In this document: one piece after another, positions 1-12,357 of the stretch
How positions within the stretch are numbered: the stretch's first letter is position 1
Layout of the letters: each line of letters opens with the position of its first letter
Source of the DNA: Eledone cirrhosa
Taxonomy: Eukaryota
DNA length: 64,000 bases
Direction: 5' to 3'
Assembly (NCBI GenBank): GCA_964016885.1
Contig: OZ024752.1
Location: forward strand, 19,592,001-19,656,000
Notes under the pieces: generated by a model
Databases searched by the model: none
The model's input: only the letters and a program-made list of their open reading frames with translations
Told to the model about the DNA's origin: nothing
Program-made: the position numbers and the translations under genes

Positions 1-34
1 ACAATTATGGTTATTTCACCCCGTCTTAACTACC

Positions 35-534
35 ATTATTTGATAAATGCTTTAGTGAATTGGCAGTATCGGTAGAGGGTCGGACGCCATGCTTTGACGC
101 ATAGAGTTACGGCCCTTGCCATTCTGAGTTCAAATCCCGCCGAGGTTAACTTTGCCTTTCATCCTTACGGGGTCGATAAAATAAAGTACCAGTAATACAC
201 TGGGAAATTGCTGGCCTTGTGCCAAAAGTAGAAACAATTATTTGATAAATGCTTTCCAGCATAGTTACGTCCCTTTACGGTCTGAGTTCAAATCCCGCCG
301 AGGTTTACTTTGCCTTTCATCCTTACGGGGTCGGTAAAATAAAGTCCCAGTAATTCACTGGGTAATTGCTGGCCTTGTGCCTAAAGTAGAAACAATTATT
401 TGATAAATGAGTTCAAATCCCGCCGAGGTTAACTTTGCCTTTCATCCTTACGGGGTCGATAAAATAAAGTACCAGTAATGTACTAGGTAATTGCTGGCCT
501 TGTGCCAATAGTAGAAACAATTATTTGATAAATG
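35..534 (+). mobile_element. Three serial copies of tRNA-derived SINE family 1 (one near full length, two 5'-truncated)
   Basis: B-box GAGTTCAAATCC, shared body ...AACTTTGCCTTTCATCCTTACGGGGTCGATAAAATAAAGTACCAGT, tail GTAGAAACAATT; ATTATTTGATAAATG recurs at 35, 237, 395 and 520. Confidence 0.9.
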
Positions 535-650
535 AATACACCGTCACTCAATATCACCTACCTGGGATAAACTACTGACGTGTAGTGCTTTGGTGGCTAG
601 GATCTGCTCATCAGGAAGTTACTACGTAAAAACTAAGGTAAAGAACACTC

Positions 651-704
<54 letters not shown>

Positions 705-795
705 CAAAGGAATTGTGGTAAGGAACCAAATGGACCATAACACATCAGAGTACTCAATACTTAGGGTAGTAGAGTGGAAAATAGGAAAAAGTGTG

Positions 796-891
796 ACCCC
801 GACGGCAGAGCTCAAGCCGTTTCGACGGCTATTTCTGGACTAAATTAGAATTTTTAGCCTGGTGAATAAATAGCCGAACTTTTCAAGGGGT
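796..891 (-). ncRNA. Type I hammerhead ribozyme, U3-A8 core variant
   Basis: Minus strand: ACCCC-TTGAAAA-G..CGGCTATTT/AAATAGCCG..C-GAAA-CGGC/GCCG-TC-GGGGT; stems I, II and III pair; GUC cleavage site. Confidence 0.75.
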
Positions 892-1109
892 ACTTCCTTA
901 TATGGGAAGATTGTAGTTGTCAAGAGGATTGGTTAAAATTTGTTGTAAACACAAATAAGTCTATCATGGTATTTGGTGGGAGGTAGGGGTAGCTGAACTT
1001 GCCTGTAGAACAATAGGGGAGTGAGTGGAGCGGTCAAGCATTGAAAGTGATATGTATACAGCAGATTCTAAGGATAGAATAGGTAAATCGAAAGAGAGTA
1101 GGAGACAAT

Positions 1110-1153
<44 letters not shown>

Positions 1154-1155
<2 letters not shown>

Positions 1156-2440
1156 CATCATCATCATCATCATCAACGTTTAACGTCCGTGTTCCACGCT
1201 TGCATGGGTTTGGACGGGGGTAGTCCCACTTGAGGCAAGAGTGATTGTCTTGCTCGCATAGGACTGTCTGGCAGGTTTTCTACAGTTGGATGCCCTTCCT
1301 AACACCAACCACATTTACAGTGTGGGTCTGGGAGGTTTTTACCGTGTTGCCTACACGGCCACATTACAGCGTGGACTGTGTGTTTTTTTTGTCGTGACAC
1401 CTACACGATCTCATTTGTTTCGGCCTCGATGGCGCGGCACCAACATAACTTTACATAGAACGGGGTGGTGTGGATCGGGTGGGGGGTGGTGGGACGGGGT
1501 GTATTTGTTAGAGATGCCTACTGGCTGGAGTAGGTTTTACTATATATTTAGGTAAGGCGGGTCTTCTCTGTTACTGAGTACCGCCAAAGGTCTCGGTCCA
1601 GTGACATTGTCTTGGAGAGGTGTAGGTGTGTGATGTCGGAGTTTATCAGCTCGTCCCAGGTTTTTCTAGGTCTGCCTATTCCGTGACTACCGTCTATCTT
1701 TATTGCCCTGCACTTTGTTATACAGCTATCGACTTTCATGCGCATCACGTGTCCATACCAACGTAGCCTTCTCTCGAGTAAACAACATCTGATCCCTCTT
1801 ATCTCTAATTTATTCCTTAGTTCGTTTATGCTTTGCCGTTCACGTATATTACTGTTACACATCCAGCGGAGCATGCAAGCTTCGTTCCTCTCTAGTCTGC
1901 GTATATCCTCTGCACACAATGCCCAGGTCTCGCTGCCATGCAGCATTGCTGTTCGTATGCAGGCATCGTACAACCTGCCTTTCATTTTTAGTGAGAACCC
2001 TTTAGCAGCTAATAGTGGTATAAGCTCTCTGAACTTTTTCCAACCAGTTCTGACTCTAGCTACAGTACTTTCAGAGCACCCTCCCCCACTGCTGATTTTA
2101 TCGCCCAGGTAACGGAAGCTGTCCACTATTTCTATAGAACCCTCTGCGCAATTGAAAGAGCTAGTAGTTTGTGGGCACTTGCTGCTACTTATTGCACCAG
2201 AGCACCGGCCACATGTAAAATCTATGTTCTTAGTTAGCCTACCTGTGATCCCACTACATCTTTTATGCACCCATACTTTGCATTTAGGACATAAAATGGA
2301 GTTTCTACCTACGCCTTTCCTACACACCGAGCACGACCATTTCCCAGAAGGGACCGCCGCCTTGTTTTCTTTCCTACAAACTAGTACTTTGGTCTTAGCC
2401 AGGTTAATTTTAAGGCCTTTTGACTCTAGGCCGTGCTTCA
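1154..2440 (-). mobile_element. RTE LINE subfamily A, 5'-truncated
   Basis: RT C-terminus (FRYLG, RLRWYGHV, GRPRKTW), 3'UTR and (GAT)n tail; near-identical to 21680-22961; (TA)n on both sides. Confidence 0.95.
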
Positions 2441-2490
2441 TATATATATATATATATAATATATATAATATATATATATATATAATATAT

Positions 2491-2543
<53 letters not shown>

Positions 2544-2605
2544 ACACACAGATACATGCGGACACACACATGTATACATGAATACATCCGCACCCAACTT
2601 CTCTC

Positions 2606-2910
2606 CCTTGCAATCGAAAGGTTGTGAGTTCAATTCTCAGACCGGGTGGTGTGTTGTTTCCTTGAGCAAGACACTTTATTTCACATTGCTCCAGTTTACT
2701 CAGCTGTAGAAATGAGATGCTAGGGACTGAGGTCCTTATCATTCCACTGCAAAGTGGTCGTGTAGGTGCCACGGCAAAAAAGCACCCAGCACTCACTGTA
2801 AATGAGGTTGGTGTTAGGAAGGGCATCCAGCTGTAGAAATCAAGCCAGTATCAGTTCCCGTCCCACCCTTGCAAGCAGGGAAAAGCGGACGTAAAATGAA
2901 ATGATGATGA
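2606..2910 (+). mobile_element. tRNA-SINE family 2, 5'-truncated, with RTE-derived 3' tail
   Basis: Matches the full copy at 50100-50447; 3' part matches the RTE subfamily C 3'UTR (~9935-10080). Confidence 0.85.
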
Positions 2911-2959
2911 TATATATAGATAGACATATATGTAGACATATATGTATACAGATATTCGC

Positions 2960-3320
2960 TATCTTATTCTTTCGGTCATTACTCAAGATTCATGACCATA
3001 GGTAAGGGTTGGCTCGATTACCAAATTGAAGATAGCGAGTTTGGCTTTTACACCTACCTCCCTTCTTCTCATTACTGAATGTTGAAGCTGGTGCATTACA
3101 GCACCAGCTTTTGCAATTCTTGCACTTAATTCAGTCTCCTAGCTTCCATCACTTTTGAACACAACCCCGAGATACTTGAACTTCTCCACCTACTTCAGAG
3201 AACTCCATTCACATGTAGGGTGCACTTTGCAGGCATCCTTGAGAGGACAAGTGTCTCAGTTTTCACAGCACTGATTTTCATTCTAGCCATGCAGTGCTCA
3301 GCATCAGACCTATCAAACAA
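2960..3320 (-). pseudogene. Old RTE-type LINE RT fragment (no PHD insert)
   Basis: Manual translation VEKFKYLGVVFKSDGS*ETELSARIAKAG...PTLTYGHES*. Confidence 0.7.
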
Positions 3321-3573
3321 TCATGTTGCATTTCATAAATTCATGACTGCATGCTGTATTGTGCATTATGGTCCTCAACTAAGTGCAGACTTGGTATAAC
3401 TGAGAAGATGGACTTGTGGGTTACACCTAATAGTTTGGCTGTCCACCTCTGTATCATACGACTGCTCAATCTTGGTTGACAACAACCACAACAATAACTG
3501 CTGTAATACTTCTACTGCTCTTCCTCCTGCTACTAATGCTCTTTAAAATTGTTTTTAAATATTAAAAGGATAC

Positions 3574-3754
3574 CGACTAAGAAAAGAATTGAACCAAATA
3601 TACATAATGTCAATCGAAAATGACAGAGTGTGTGTGTAGATCCAGGAAGTCGCGTTCGATATGATATTATCGTTTGCATCCATCCATATCCCAGAGTTCC
3701 AAGAGCAAATGCCAAGACAGCACCGACGACATGGCCCACCAGTACATTAGATTC
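3574..3754 (-). CDS. Internal exon of a DRAM/TMEM150 (Frag1/DRAM/Sfk1)-family membrane protein
   Basis: ttttacAG acceptor (3755-3756), GTatcc donor (3572-3573); ESNVLVGHVVGAVLAFALGTLGYGWMQTIISY...FRL resembles DRAM2 HVSGAVLTFGMG..VQTILSY; phase-0 start joins the upstream exon. Confidence 0.85.
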
Positions 3755-3809
3755 CTGTAAAATACACAGAAAAAAAAAAGAAAGAAATTTCAAATATGAA
3801 AATATATAT

Positions 3810-4150
3810 AGTTAGTATTGAGGAAAGAAGACAAGATTCTGATTCTATCAAGGAAATGACTGTGTTTAATATGTAGGAAAGGAGTTGGTAGGAACTCTAT
3901 ACTATGTACACAATGTAAGATATGGATACACAAGATGTGTAGTGTGATTGCAGGCAGGTCAATAGAAAAGGTAGACTTTGTATGTAGTAGATGTATTGAG
4001 ATAGTTGCTACTAAAAGCACTAATGAAATATATTTTTTCCAATCCCAGGACCATGTCAGAGAAGTAGTTGATAGCTTCTGTTGCCCAGGTGACCTAATTA
4101 GCAGTGCAGGAGGTTGTTCTGAAAGTATAGTAGCTAGAATAAGAACACAT
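3810..4150 (+). pseudogene. Degenerate RTE (PHD-type) RT fragment
   Basis: CRKGVGRNSILC-like and VDSFCCPGDLISSAGGCSES remnants with stops. Confidence 0.75.
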
Positions 4151-5321
4151 TTGAACATTTTCAGGAACCAACTAAAGTGTGATGTTGCATGGTAGTGAGA
4201 CACGGACAGCCTAAAGATATACAGTAGCTGGATGAAGATAATGATATAAAATGATAGTTGTAAGTTTTTCTTTGTGGAATAATATACTTTTGATGAGATA
4301 TGAACAAACAGTGGTAAGAAACTCTCAGGAGATCTGAACAGCAGGACTTCAGAGTAGAAACCCTCTATCTTAGCCCTTGATAATGAAAACATAATTGAAG
4401 ATAATGGGGTAATCTGAAGCTATCTATATATGACTACTGATAAACTTTCATAAATACTTTATTCTCTGTCTACTAGAATGACCAAATAACAATTTACTAT
4501 ATACAAAGCAACAGTAAGTCTAATGAGCCAATAAACAAGCCTTGTGTAGTTTTTATACATAAAATTTATAATAATACTATCAAAATTATTTTCTCTAGCA
4601 AGATGTAATTGAATATTCAGTCTTAATGTACGTTCGATTTGAACAGAAAGAAGTGAGAGAATTCTGGCCAGTTTAAATGCTTAAAGGGTTAAATCAACAA
4701 GTCATGTTTGAGACATAAGACGTTTTCATATGTTTGAGTTTGCAAACATCTTTCTTCTGTTGCCATTGTAGAGTTGTCAACAATATTCTCTAATACAAAC
4801 ATTTGGAAATCTCTCAAAGTTTCTCATCAGTTAATATATTTAGTTATACTAAAGGTTTCATTTCAGGTTTTCCAACATTTGCTTCATGCAAACGTTGACA
4901 GTAAATATAACATTTCCATTATAAAATATTCTTCCTTTAACATCAGAAGACTGGTGTGTTAACCTTTTCACTTTGTTTTTCCTGTCTACTTTCAGATGAC
5001 ATTGTTGGATATTTTCACAAGATATTCTTAACCAAACACCATACAAAATGTTTCTAGAAGTTCTTGTAGCTGTTCGCAACAGTTAAATGAATTGTGTCAC
5101 TTAAAGCTGCATTGCAGCACAACTCTCCACTCACTCAATATGGATAGAGTTATAATTTAGGCAACATTCTTAGTATTTCTGGAACTTATGATGCACTGAG
5201 ACACATAGAATCTAGAATACTCCCATAATGAAGAATACAACTTCCAGCACTAACAGTACAGATTAGACTCTGTAAAAGCTGTTAGTTGTATATCTTGTCT
5301 AGGCGGCCATTTTACCTCCAT

Positions 5322-5505
5322 TTGGCAGTATCGGTAGAAGGTCGGACGCCATGCTTTGCAGTATGGAGTTACGGCCCTTTGCAGTCGGAGTTCAAATCCT
5401 GCCGAGGTTAACTTTGCCTTTCATCCTTACGGGGTTGATAAAATAAAGCAGCAGAAATACACTGGATTAATTGCTGGCCTTGTGCCAAAAGTAGAAACAA
5501 TTATT
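5322..5505 (+). mobile_element. SINE family 1
   Basis: Same head, B-box and tail as the copy at 60-240. Confidence 0.9.
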
Positions 5506-5542
5506 TCAGTGTGAGAAGAAGAAGCGATGTAAGGAAAATAAT

Positions 5543-5720
5543 TATTTCTACTTTTGGCACAAGGCCAGCAATTGCCCAGTGCATTACTGGTACTTTATTT
5601 TATCGACCCCGTAAGGATAAAGGCAAAGTTAACCTCGGCGGGATTTGAACTCAGAATGGCAAGGGCCGTAACTCTATGCATCAAAGCATGGCGACCGACC
5701 CTCTACCGATACTGCCAATT
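5543..5720 (-). mobile_element. SINE family 1, tail-to-tail with the previous copy
   Basis: Reverse complement of the family 1 sequence. Confidence 0.9.
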
Positions 5721-5756
5721 CACACACACTCACTCACACACACACACACACACATG

Positions 5757-5787
<31 letters not shown>

Positions 5788-5866
5788 CAAATTTGTTTTG
5801 AAAGATTTCTTATCCGAAAACAAGATGATGTAGGACAATAAAGGAGGGACACAAAATAAGAATTCA

Positions 5867-5909
5867 GTCACCGAGGAGGTCACAGAATGTGTGACGAAAG
5901 AGCTTTGAC
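5867..5909 (+). ncRNA. Degenerate hammerhead (core CCGAGGA) in a Penelope-type remnant (~5790-6040)
   Basis: GTCA-CCGAGGA-G-GTCACA/TGTGAC-GAAA-GAGC-TT-TGAC; same family as the intact motif at 51351-51395. Confidence 0.55.
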
Positions 5910-6950
5910 AATATATAAACAACCTTCCGCTTATGGAACCAACCAACCAGCCAACCAGAAATTCATAATAAATTGAAGTGAAAACCAACAGGTGCGTGTT
6001 TTTATTGGCAGCATGACCCTCCCAAAGTATAACAATATACTTTGACAGGCATCTGCATAGCTTTTATCAACCAATTTTATTGAGAAGGCATTAATCAGTC
6101 AGGTCAAGGGATCATATATTAGTGGGATCAAACTATATGTGACAGAAATAAACTTTTTAATTACACAGCCATGTCTACGCCTACAATATGAACATGCATG
6201 TAGGTGTATGTATGTGCATGTATGTGTGTGTGCGTGTGTGTGTGTGAAAGAATGTTTCAGTTTCTATTTTTTTTATTAATGTCTATTTATAGCTTATATA
6301 TACACACACCTTCTTCATTACCCCTCCTCTCTCAAACCCCATATATAGATAGATAGATAGATACATTACATACATATAGTCTTATACAACATCTTCCTGT
6401 TTACCCCTACCTCTTTCTAATTCACCCCATCACTCCATATATGAGTGTATGTGAGAGAGAGAGAGTTCAGTTAGTAGTGGTTATCAAAGAGAAAGAAAAC
6501 CAAGTTAGTTTCCAGAGACAGGCAGCAAATTAGGTTTTGTCCCCTACCTTAACATGGATAACCTGAAAGGTCAAGAGGACATAATTTCCTCTCTAAGTGT
6601 TTCCTACTTCAGCAGGTCTTACTTTGCCAGTTTAGCAGACATTTTAACTTAGACAAATACACATATATCACACACACATACATATATATATATTGTTTTT
6701 ATCATTTATTTAGTTTTTATTATTTATTTTGTTTGACCTGTTTAGCTTGAATTGTTTTTTGGCTTAGGTGGTTAATGCCTTCTTGACCACTTTTCAGTTT
6801 GTATGGCGTTTTAACATATTGTTTAGCTCTAGTTTTCTTAACTATTGGAGCGCTTGCCAGCATTTCTATGATTTTGCGTTACGTTTCGCTTGTTCTACCA
6901 GCCGAAATATGATTCTCGCTGAATTTATATTTATACATATATATATATAT

Positions 6951-7143
6951 AGTGTAGGTAACACGGTAAAAACCTTCCAGTCCACACTGTAAACGTGGTT
7001 GGTGTTAGAAAGGGCATCCAGCCGTAAAATACCCGCCAGACAGTCCTAAGCAAGACAACCAATCTTGCCTCAAGTGGGACAATTCCCGTCCAGACCCATG
7101 TTTGCGTGGAAAATGGACGTTAAACGATGATGATGATGATGAT
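6951..7143 (+). mobile_element. RTE LINE 3'UTR-only fragment
   Basis: Matches the RTE-B 3' end with (GAT)n tail. Confidence 0.85.
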
Positions 7144-7793
7144 AGTGTGACATCAATAAAACAGGGAAACCCACCAGTGTATGGAATCTAAAATCTATGG
7201 ACAGCAGGGTAGACACACAATAATTAAAAATATAAATTAAAATGTATATACGCACCTCTATAACTATATAACACACGTGTTTGGTTGAGCACACTTCTTT
7301 GAGTGGTTTTTGGGCTGCCCTTTCTAGCAGCTCATCCCTCAGATACCACTGGTTCACTGCCCTAAACATGCTGTGAAATCTCTCTGCCGCGTGTAGCTGG
7401 ACAGTCGCTTTAGATTCTCTTAGAGTTGTCTGGAATGTATAGTCTTGCACGCGCTGATGAACCATGGGCTATTCCATTTCAGTCAACAACTTCCTGGTGA
7501 AACAGATCTCTTTGGATGTGTACGCGTGTGTTATATAGTTATAGAGGTGTGTATATACATTTGTATATACATTTGTATTTATATTTTTAACTATTGTGTG
7601 TCTACCCTGCCTTCCATAGGTTATAGATTCCATACACTGGTGGTTTTTCCCTGTTTTATTGTTGGCGCACTATCTCTCTCTAGTGTGTTACCTTTTCAAC
7701 ATATTGTATTTTAAAGAGCTCAGGATTCCTTTTCCTTTGAGCACATTATTGACAGGGAATAACGAGAGTCTATGGCTCCGTTAGTTTATCGTG
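7143..7793 (+). mobile_element. Non-coding Penelope-type module: inverted arm, HHR and tail
   Basis: 7143-7279 is an imperfect reverse complement of 7523-7673; HHR inside; ~120-nt unpaired tail ending at (TA)n. Confidence 0.75.
7448..7528 (+). ncRNA. Type I hammerhead ribozyme
   Basis: CACGCG-CTGATGA-ACCA/TGGT-GAAA-CA..TG-TA-CGCGTG; perfect 6-bp stem I; GUA site at 7522. Confidence 0.85.
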
Positions 7794-7795
7794 AT

Positions 7796-7828
<33 letters not shown>

Positions 7829-7960
7829 GTAATGTCAAGTTACTGTAGGTTCCCCAAAGTGAGCACTCGTTGTGTAGTCTCCAGTAGGTACTTTGAGGTT
7901 GTACTAAGCAGAGTGTGATAATACAAATAATAATATGGATGAGGCGTCAAATTTATTGAG

Positions 7961-8047
7961 GTGTGACATATGTTTCACGATTGATCAGCTCAAGGTTTGA
8001 TCTGTATCGATCGGGCCCAACTCTAGAATCAAAAGCTCATCAGACTT
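7961..8047 (-). ncRNA. Partly decayed hammerhead motif
   Basis: CTGATGA ... GAAA-CATATG-TC with palindromic stem III; stems I and II are weak. Confidence 0.45.
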
Positions 8048-8172
8048 CTGTTAGCGTAATGACGGAAATCTATATATAGTTAAAAAGTGGAGGTAAAAAT
8101 GCACAGAAGTAGAGATTATTTTTTTCTTTAATCCGACAAAATGAATAATTTTATAATTGTTGCATTAGATAT

Positions 8173-10206
8173 AACTGGGAAGAAGAGACCCTACCCCAAG
8201 TAGACCCTATAGAGGGACCAGCAGTACAAGTCAGCAGCAGCGTAGTAAGTAAGGCAATCAAAGATATGAAGATGGGGAAGGCAACCGGTCCATCGGGTAT
8301 AGCTGCCGAGATGCTGAAGGCATCTGGGTCTGTAGGTCACACTATAACCACACGTATCGCTAACCAGGTAATACTAGAAGGGGCCATACCAAAAGATTGG
8401 TGCAGTAGCATCATTGTCAACTGCTACAAAGGTAAAGGCGATGCACTAGACAGAGGAAACAATAGAGGTATAAAGTTGATGGACCAGGTCATGAAAGTAA
8501 CAGAAAGAGTTATAGCACAGCTGATTAGGGACCGGGTGAAAATAGACGAGATGCAATTTGGGTTTGTACCAGGAAGAGGCACCACTGATGCCCTCTTCCT
8601 TGTGAGGCAATTACAGGAAAAATACCTAACTAAAAGTAAGCCACTCTACTTGGCATTTGTCGACCTTGAGAAAGCCTTTGACAGAGTTCCACGTGTTGTA
8701 ATCTGGTGGGCTCTTAGAAAACTAGGAGTAGATGAATGGCTTGTGAAAGCCATGTATACAAGCCATGTATAGGGGAGCAGTCAGCAAAGTTAGAATTAGC
8801 AATGAGTATAGCGAGGAATTTAGCGTACAGGTTGGGGTCCACCAGGGCTCTGTTCTTAGCCCTCTCCTGTTCATCATAGTCCTGCAGGCAATAACGGAGG
8901 AGTTTAAGACTGGATGCTCATGGGAACTCCTGTATGCTGATGACCTCGCACTCATAGCTGAATCTATGGTAGAACTAGAGAATAAATTCCAAACCTGGAA
9001 GCAGGGACTAGAAAGAAAGGGTCTCAAAGTCAACATGACAAAGACTAAGGTCCTTGTAAGTAGACGAGAAAACAGAACCCAGATCCCCTCAGGGAAATGG
9101 CCTTGCTCAGTATATAGGAAAGGTGTAGGTAGGAACTCCATTCTCTGCCCCAAATGCAAACAATGGGTACACAAGAGATGTAGCGGGATATCAGGAAGCT
9201 TAATTAAGAATGTAGGATTCACATGCAGCAGCTGTGCTGAAACAGCAAGCAGCAAACAGCCACAGGAAACAAGTACCACCAATCTCTGGGAGGGCCCTGT
9301 AGAAACAGTAGACAGCTTCTGCTACCTAGGTGACCGAATTAGCAACGGAGGTGGGTGTTCAGAAAGTACAATAACTAGGGTAAGAACGGGATGGAAGAAG
9401 TTTAGGGAACTACTACCACTGCTAGCTGCAAAAGGCTTCTCCCTCAGAATGAAAGGCAGACTGTATGATGCGTGTATCCGAACAGCGATGTTGCATGGTA
9501 GTGAGACCTGGGCGCTGAAGGTGGAAGACTTACGTAGATTAGAGAGAAACGAAGCCTGCATGCTCCAATGGATGTTTAACAGTAATATACATGAACGACA
9601 AAGCATAAATGAATTAAGAGAGAGACTGAGCATAAGAGGAATCAAATGCTGTGTGCAGGAGAGGCGGTTGCGCTGGTATGGACATGTGATACGTATGAAG
9701 GATGACAGCTGCATAAAAAGGTGCAGAGCACTAGAAGTTGATGGAAACCGCGGAGTGGGGAGACCCAAGACGACCTGGGATGAGGTGATAAAAGCCGACC
9801 TTACCCAATTACACCTCTCAAAGACAATGACACACGACCGTGACTTCTGGCGTCACGCAGTAATACAGAGTACCCGGCCTCCCATGGGTACAAGCTGAAG
9901 CATATAGACAATATGCCCCCACACCCCCCACTGCAAGGTGGTCGTGGAGGTGCGACGGCAAAAAAGCACCCAGCCCACACTGTAAAGTGGACGTGTAGGC
10001 GCCACGAAAAAGCACCCAGCACTCACTGTAAATGAGGTTGGTGTTAGGAAGGGCATCCAGCTGTAGAAATCAAGCCAGATCAGTTCCTGTATGAGCAAGG
10101 CATGGTCAGCCGACCAGACACTGCCCACAACAGGACAACCCGTCTAACCCATGCTAGCGTGGAAGAACGGACGTAAAACGGTGATGATGATGATGATGAT
10201 GATGAT
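8173..10206 (+). mobile_element. RTE LINE subfamily C, 5'-truncated and frameshifted
   Basis: ORFs 8266-8772 and 8765-9898: DLEKAFD, GVHQGSVLSP, YADD, PHD; frameshift from a short duplication near 8750-8770; (GAT)n tail. Confidence 0.95.
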
Positions 10207-10276
10207 AACTTATCAGATATTAAATATTTAAAAGTATTCTGGGATCAGTTTAAATATGTATATATGTGTGTGTGAG

Positions 10277-10331
<55 letters not shown>

Positions 10332-10607
10332 CATAAAACATGTCTATAGAATCACCAGATAAAATATATACCATTTCCTCTCCCAATTAGCATAATTAAC
10401 CATATAAAAAATCGATTAGACCAAGCTATAAGAATAAAGGCTTCTATGAAGAAATCTCCGACAAATAACCGAAAGCAGCCCTTCGCGTCGGTTGCGACGG
10501 AATATTTATGGAGTATTTCGACAGCGTTTATGAATCGCTCAGATATACAGTCAACCAAACATAATTAGGTGTAAAATAAACCAGGAGAAAAGTGAACATA
10601 TTTAGTT

Positions 10608-10685
10608 ACCTCTACCATGGTTTCGTCCGGATTTTAAGATATCCGATAGCATCGGACACCTAGAGCACCGGACTCTTCAGGAAGT
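10608..10685 (-). ncRNA. Type I hammerhead ribozyme in a Penelope-type remnant (~10335-10690)
   Basis: ACTTC-CTGAAGA-GTCCGG/CCGGAC-GAAA-CCATGG-TA-GAGGT; the flanking sequence is homologous to 52375-52640. Confidence 0.85.
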
Positions 10686-10689
10686 TAGC

Positions 10690-10990
10690 TCAAATTTAGA
10701 CAATAAATTTTCCAAAGTGATCGCGCCAAGAATACATTCAAAAATGGCTAAGAATAAGTTCAGGGAACTACTGTCGTAGATAGCTAAAAAAGGCTTTTCG
10801 CTCAAAATGAAAGGCAGATAATAAGAGGCCTGTATGTCGACAGCTATACTATATGTAAAGGAGACATGGAGTTTGTGTGTAGAGGACCTAGCAACATTGG
10901 AAAGAAGTGAGGCAAGCATTCTCCAATAGTAATGTAATAGGAGCATGCACGAACGATGAAGCATTAATGAAATGTGGTGAAAACCGTTAT
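10690..10990 (+). pseudogene. Degenerate RTE RT fragment
   Basis: KFRELL..KGFSLKMKGR-like remnants with stops. Confidence 0.6.
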
Positions 10991-11024
10991 GTAGTAAAAA
11001 GGGTGGTGGATTGGTAGTACCATT

Positions 11025-11780
11025 GTTGGACAACACGCTTCATGGCATTTTACATTCTGACCAACATTAGCTTTGCCTTTCATCTTTACCGGATCAATAA
11101 AATAAAGTACCAGTAACACACTGGGGTTGATTTAATCAACTTTCTCCCAGTTTTAGTGGCCTTGTGCCTAAGTCAGAAACCACATATAAGAGTCAATGAA
11201 TGTATGTCCCAAGTTATCGTAATAGTTTTGTACTTTTAGGCATTTGAAATGTTGTAGAGGAACGCATCTCCTCAAGGAGAAGGTCATAAGCTATGTGACA
11301 TTTCCTCATAAATTAGATAACTTAAGTTTATTAATGAAGAATGTTTGGATAATACAAAAGGAAATAGTTTTCAAATTAAGAAAAGAAAAAAAAAAAGAGA
11401 GAAAATGAACGTGTATGTATTTATGTGGTGGAGATGGGGTCTAAATAATTACGATTAATCATATTCTGTTTTAGAATTCACTGTCAATTTATGTGTGTTT
11501 CTATATAAAAAGAGAAAATTGTTTTTATAATGGCAAATGTGTATTTTCAGTGAACAAAATTTTGGATTGGAAGTATGGGTTGAACTTCGGATACCATCCT
11601 TTGCAGCATAGAATTACGGCCCTATACGTTCTGAGTTCGAATCCTGCCGAGGTTAGCTTTGCCTTCCATCCTTATGGGGTTGATAAAATAAAGTACCAGT
11701 AACACACTGGGGTCGATTTAATTGACTTTCTCCTACCCCGAAAAAATTTATTAGCCTTGTGCCTAAATGAGAAACCATTA
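11025..11780 (+). mobile_element. Two older SINE family 1-related copies (~11025-11180, ~11585-11780)
   Basis: CTTTGCCTT..ATAAAATAAAGTACCAGTAACACACTGGGG core in both. Confidence 0.7.
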
Positions 11781-11865
11781 ATTATATAAACATTAAATTC
11801 CTTTCATCTTACATCTATCTTTATATAAGGGTTCTTGTGAAAACATATTGATATCCTACGTTTAA

Positions 11866-12071
11866 CCCTTTAGCATTCACATTACTCTATATATACTATT
11901 ATATTTTCATGGTAAAGGCTTTATCTCACATAATTATCTCACATATTATCAAATCTATGAGATTTTGAAAGTATTTATTTTAACATCAGTTTGAGTGACC
12001 AGTTACAGCCAGTTTCAACAGAAAAAGGTAGAGAATTCTGGCTGGATTTGGCCGGTTTGAACATTAAAGGG
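11866..12071. mobile_element. piggyBac-like MITE
   Basis: TTAA|CCCTTTAG ... TAAAGGG|TTAA: terminal inverted repeats with TTAA TSD. Confidence 0.8.
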
Positions 12072-12357
12072 TTAAAATATTTATGTATGTTTGTTTGTGT
12101 ATAATATGACTGATTAGGTAGAGTTGAAAACAATTACGACCAATCACATTGGTATTCACTGCATTCTGAATATATCGTCTGTGTATGTTTGATTGTAGCC
12201 AAATTGGATTTGAAGTAGAAGGTTATGCTATATTTCCTCACTGCATCCTGATATTTTTTTTTTTTTTTTAATTTGGTGTAATTGCTACTTCAAAAATATT
12301 AGTTTTAATTTTTAAAGGTAAGAATCCTATTTAATATCATATATCTTAGTAAATTAA

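Noticed and set aside
565-620. Hammerhead at minus-strand CTGATGA (604-610)
   Set aside because: No GAAA or proper stem II; at best a decayed relic
1738-2502. Recurrent antisense ORFs over the RTE copies
   Set aside because: Shadow frames of the RT; they recur only because the LINE is repeated
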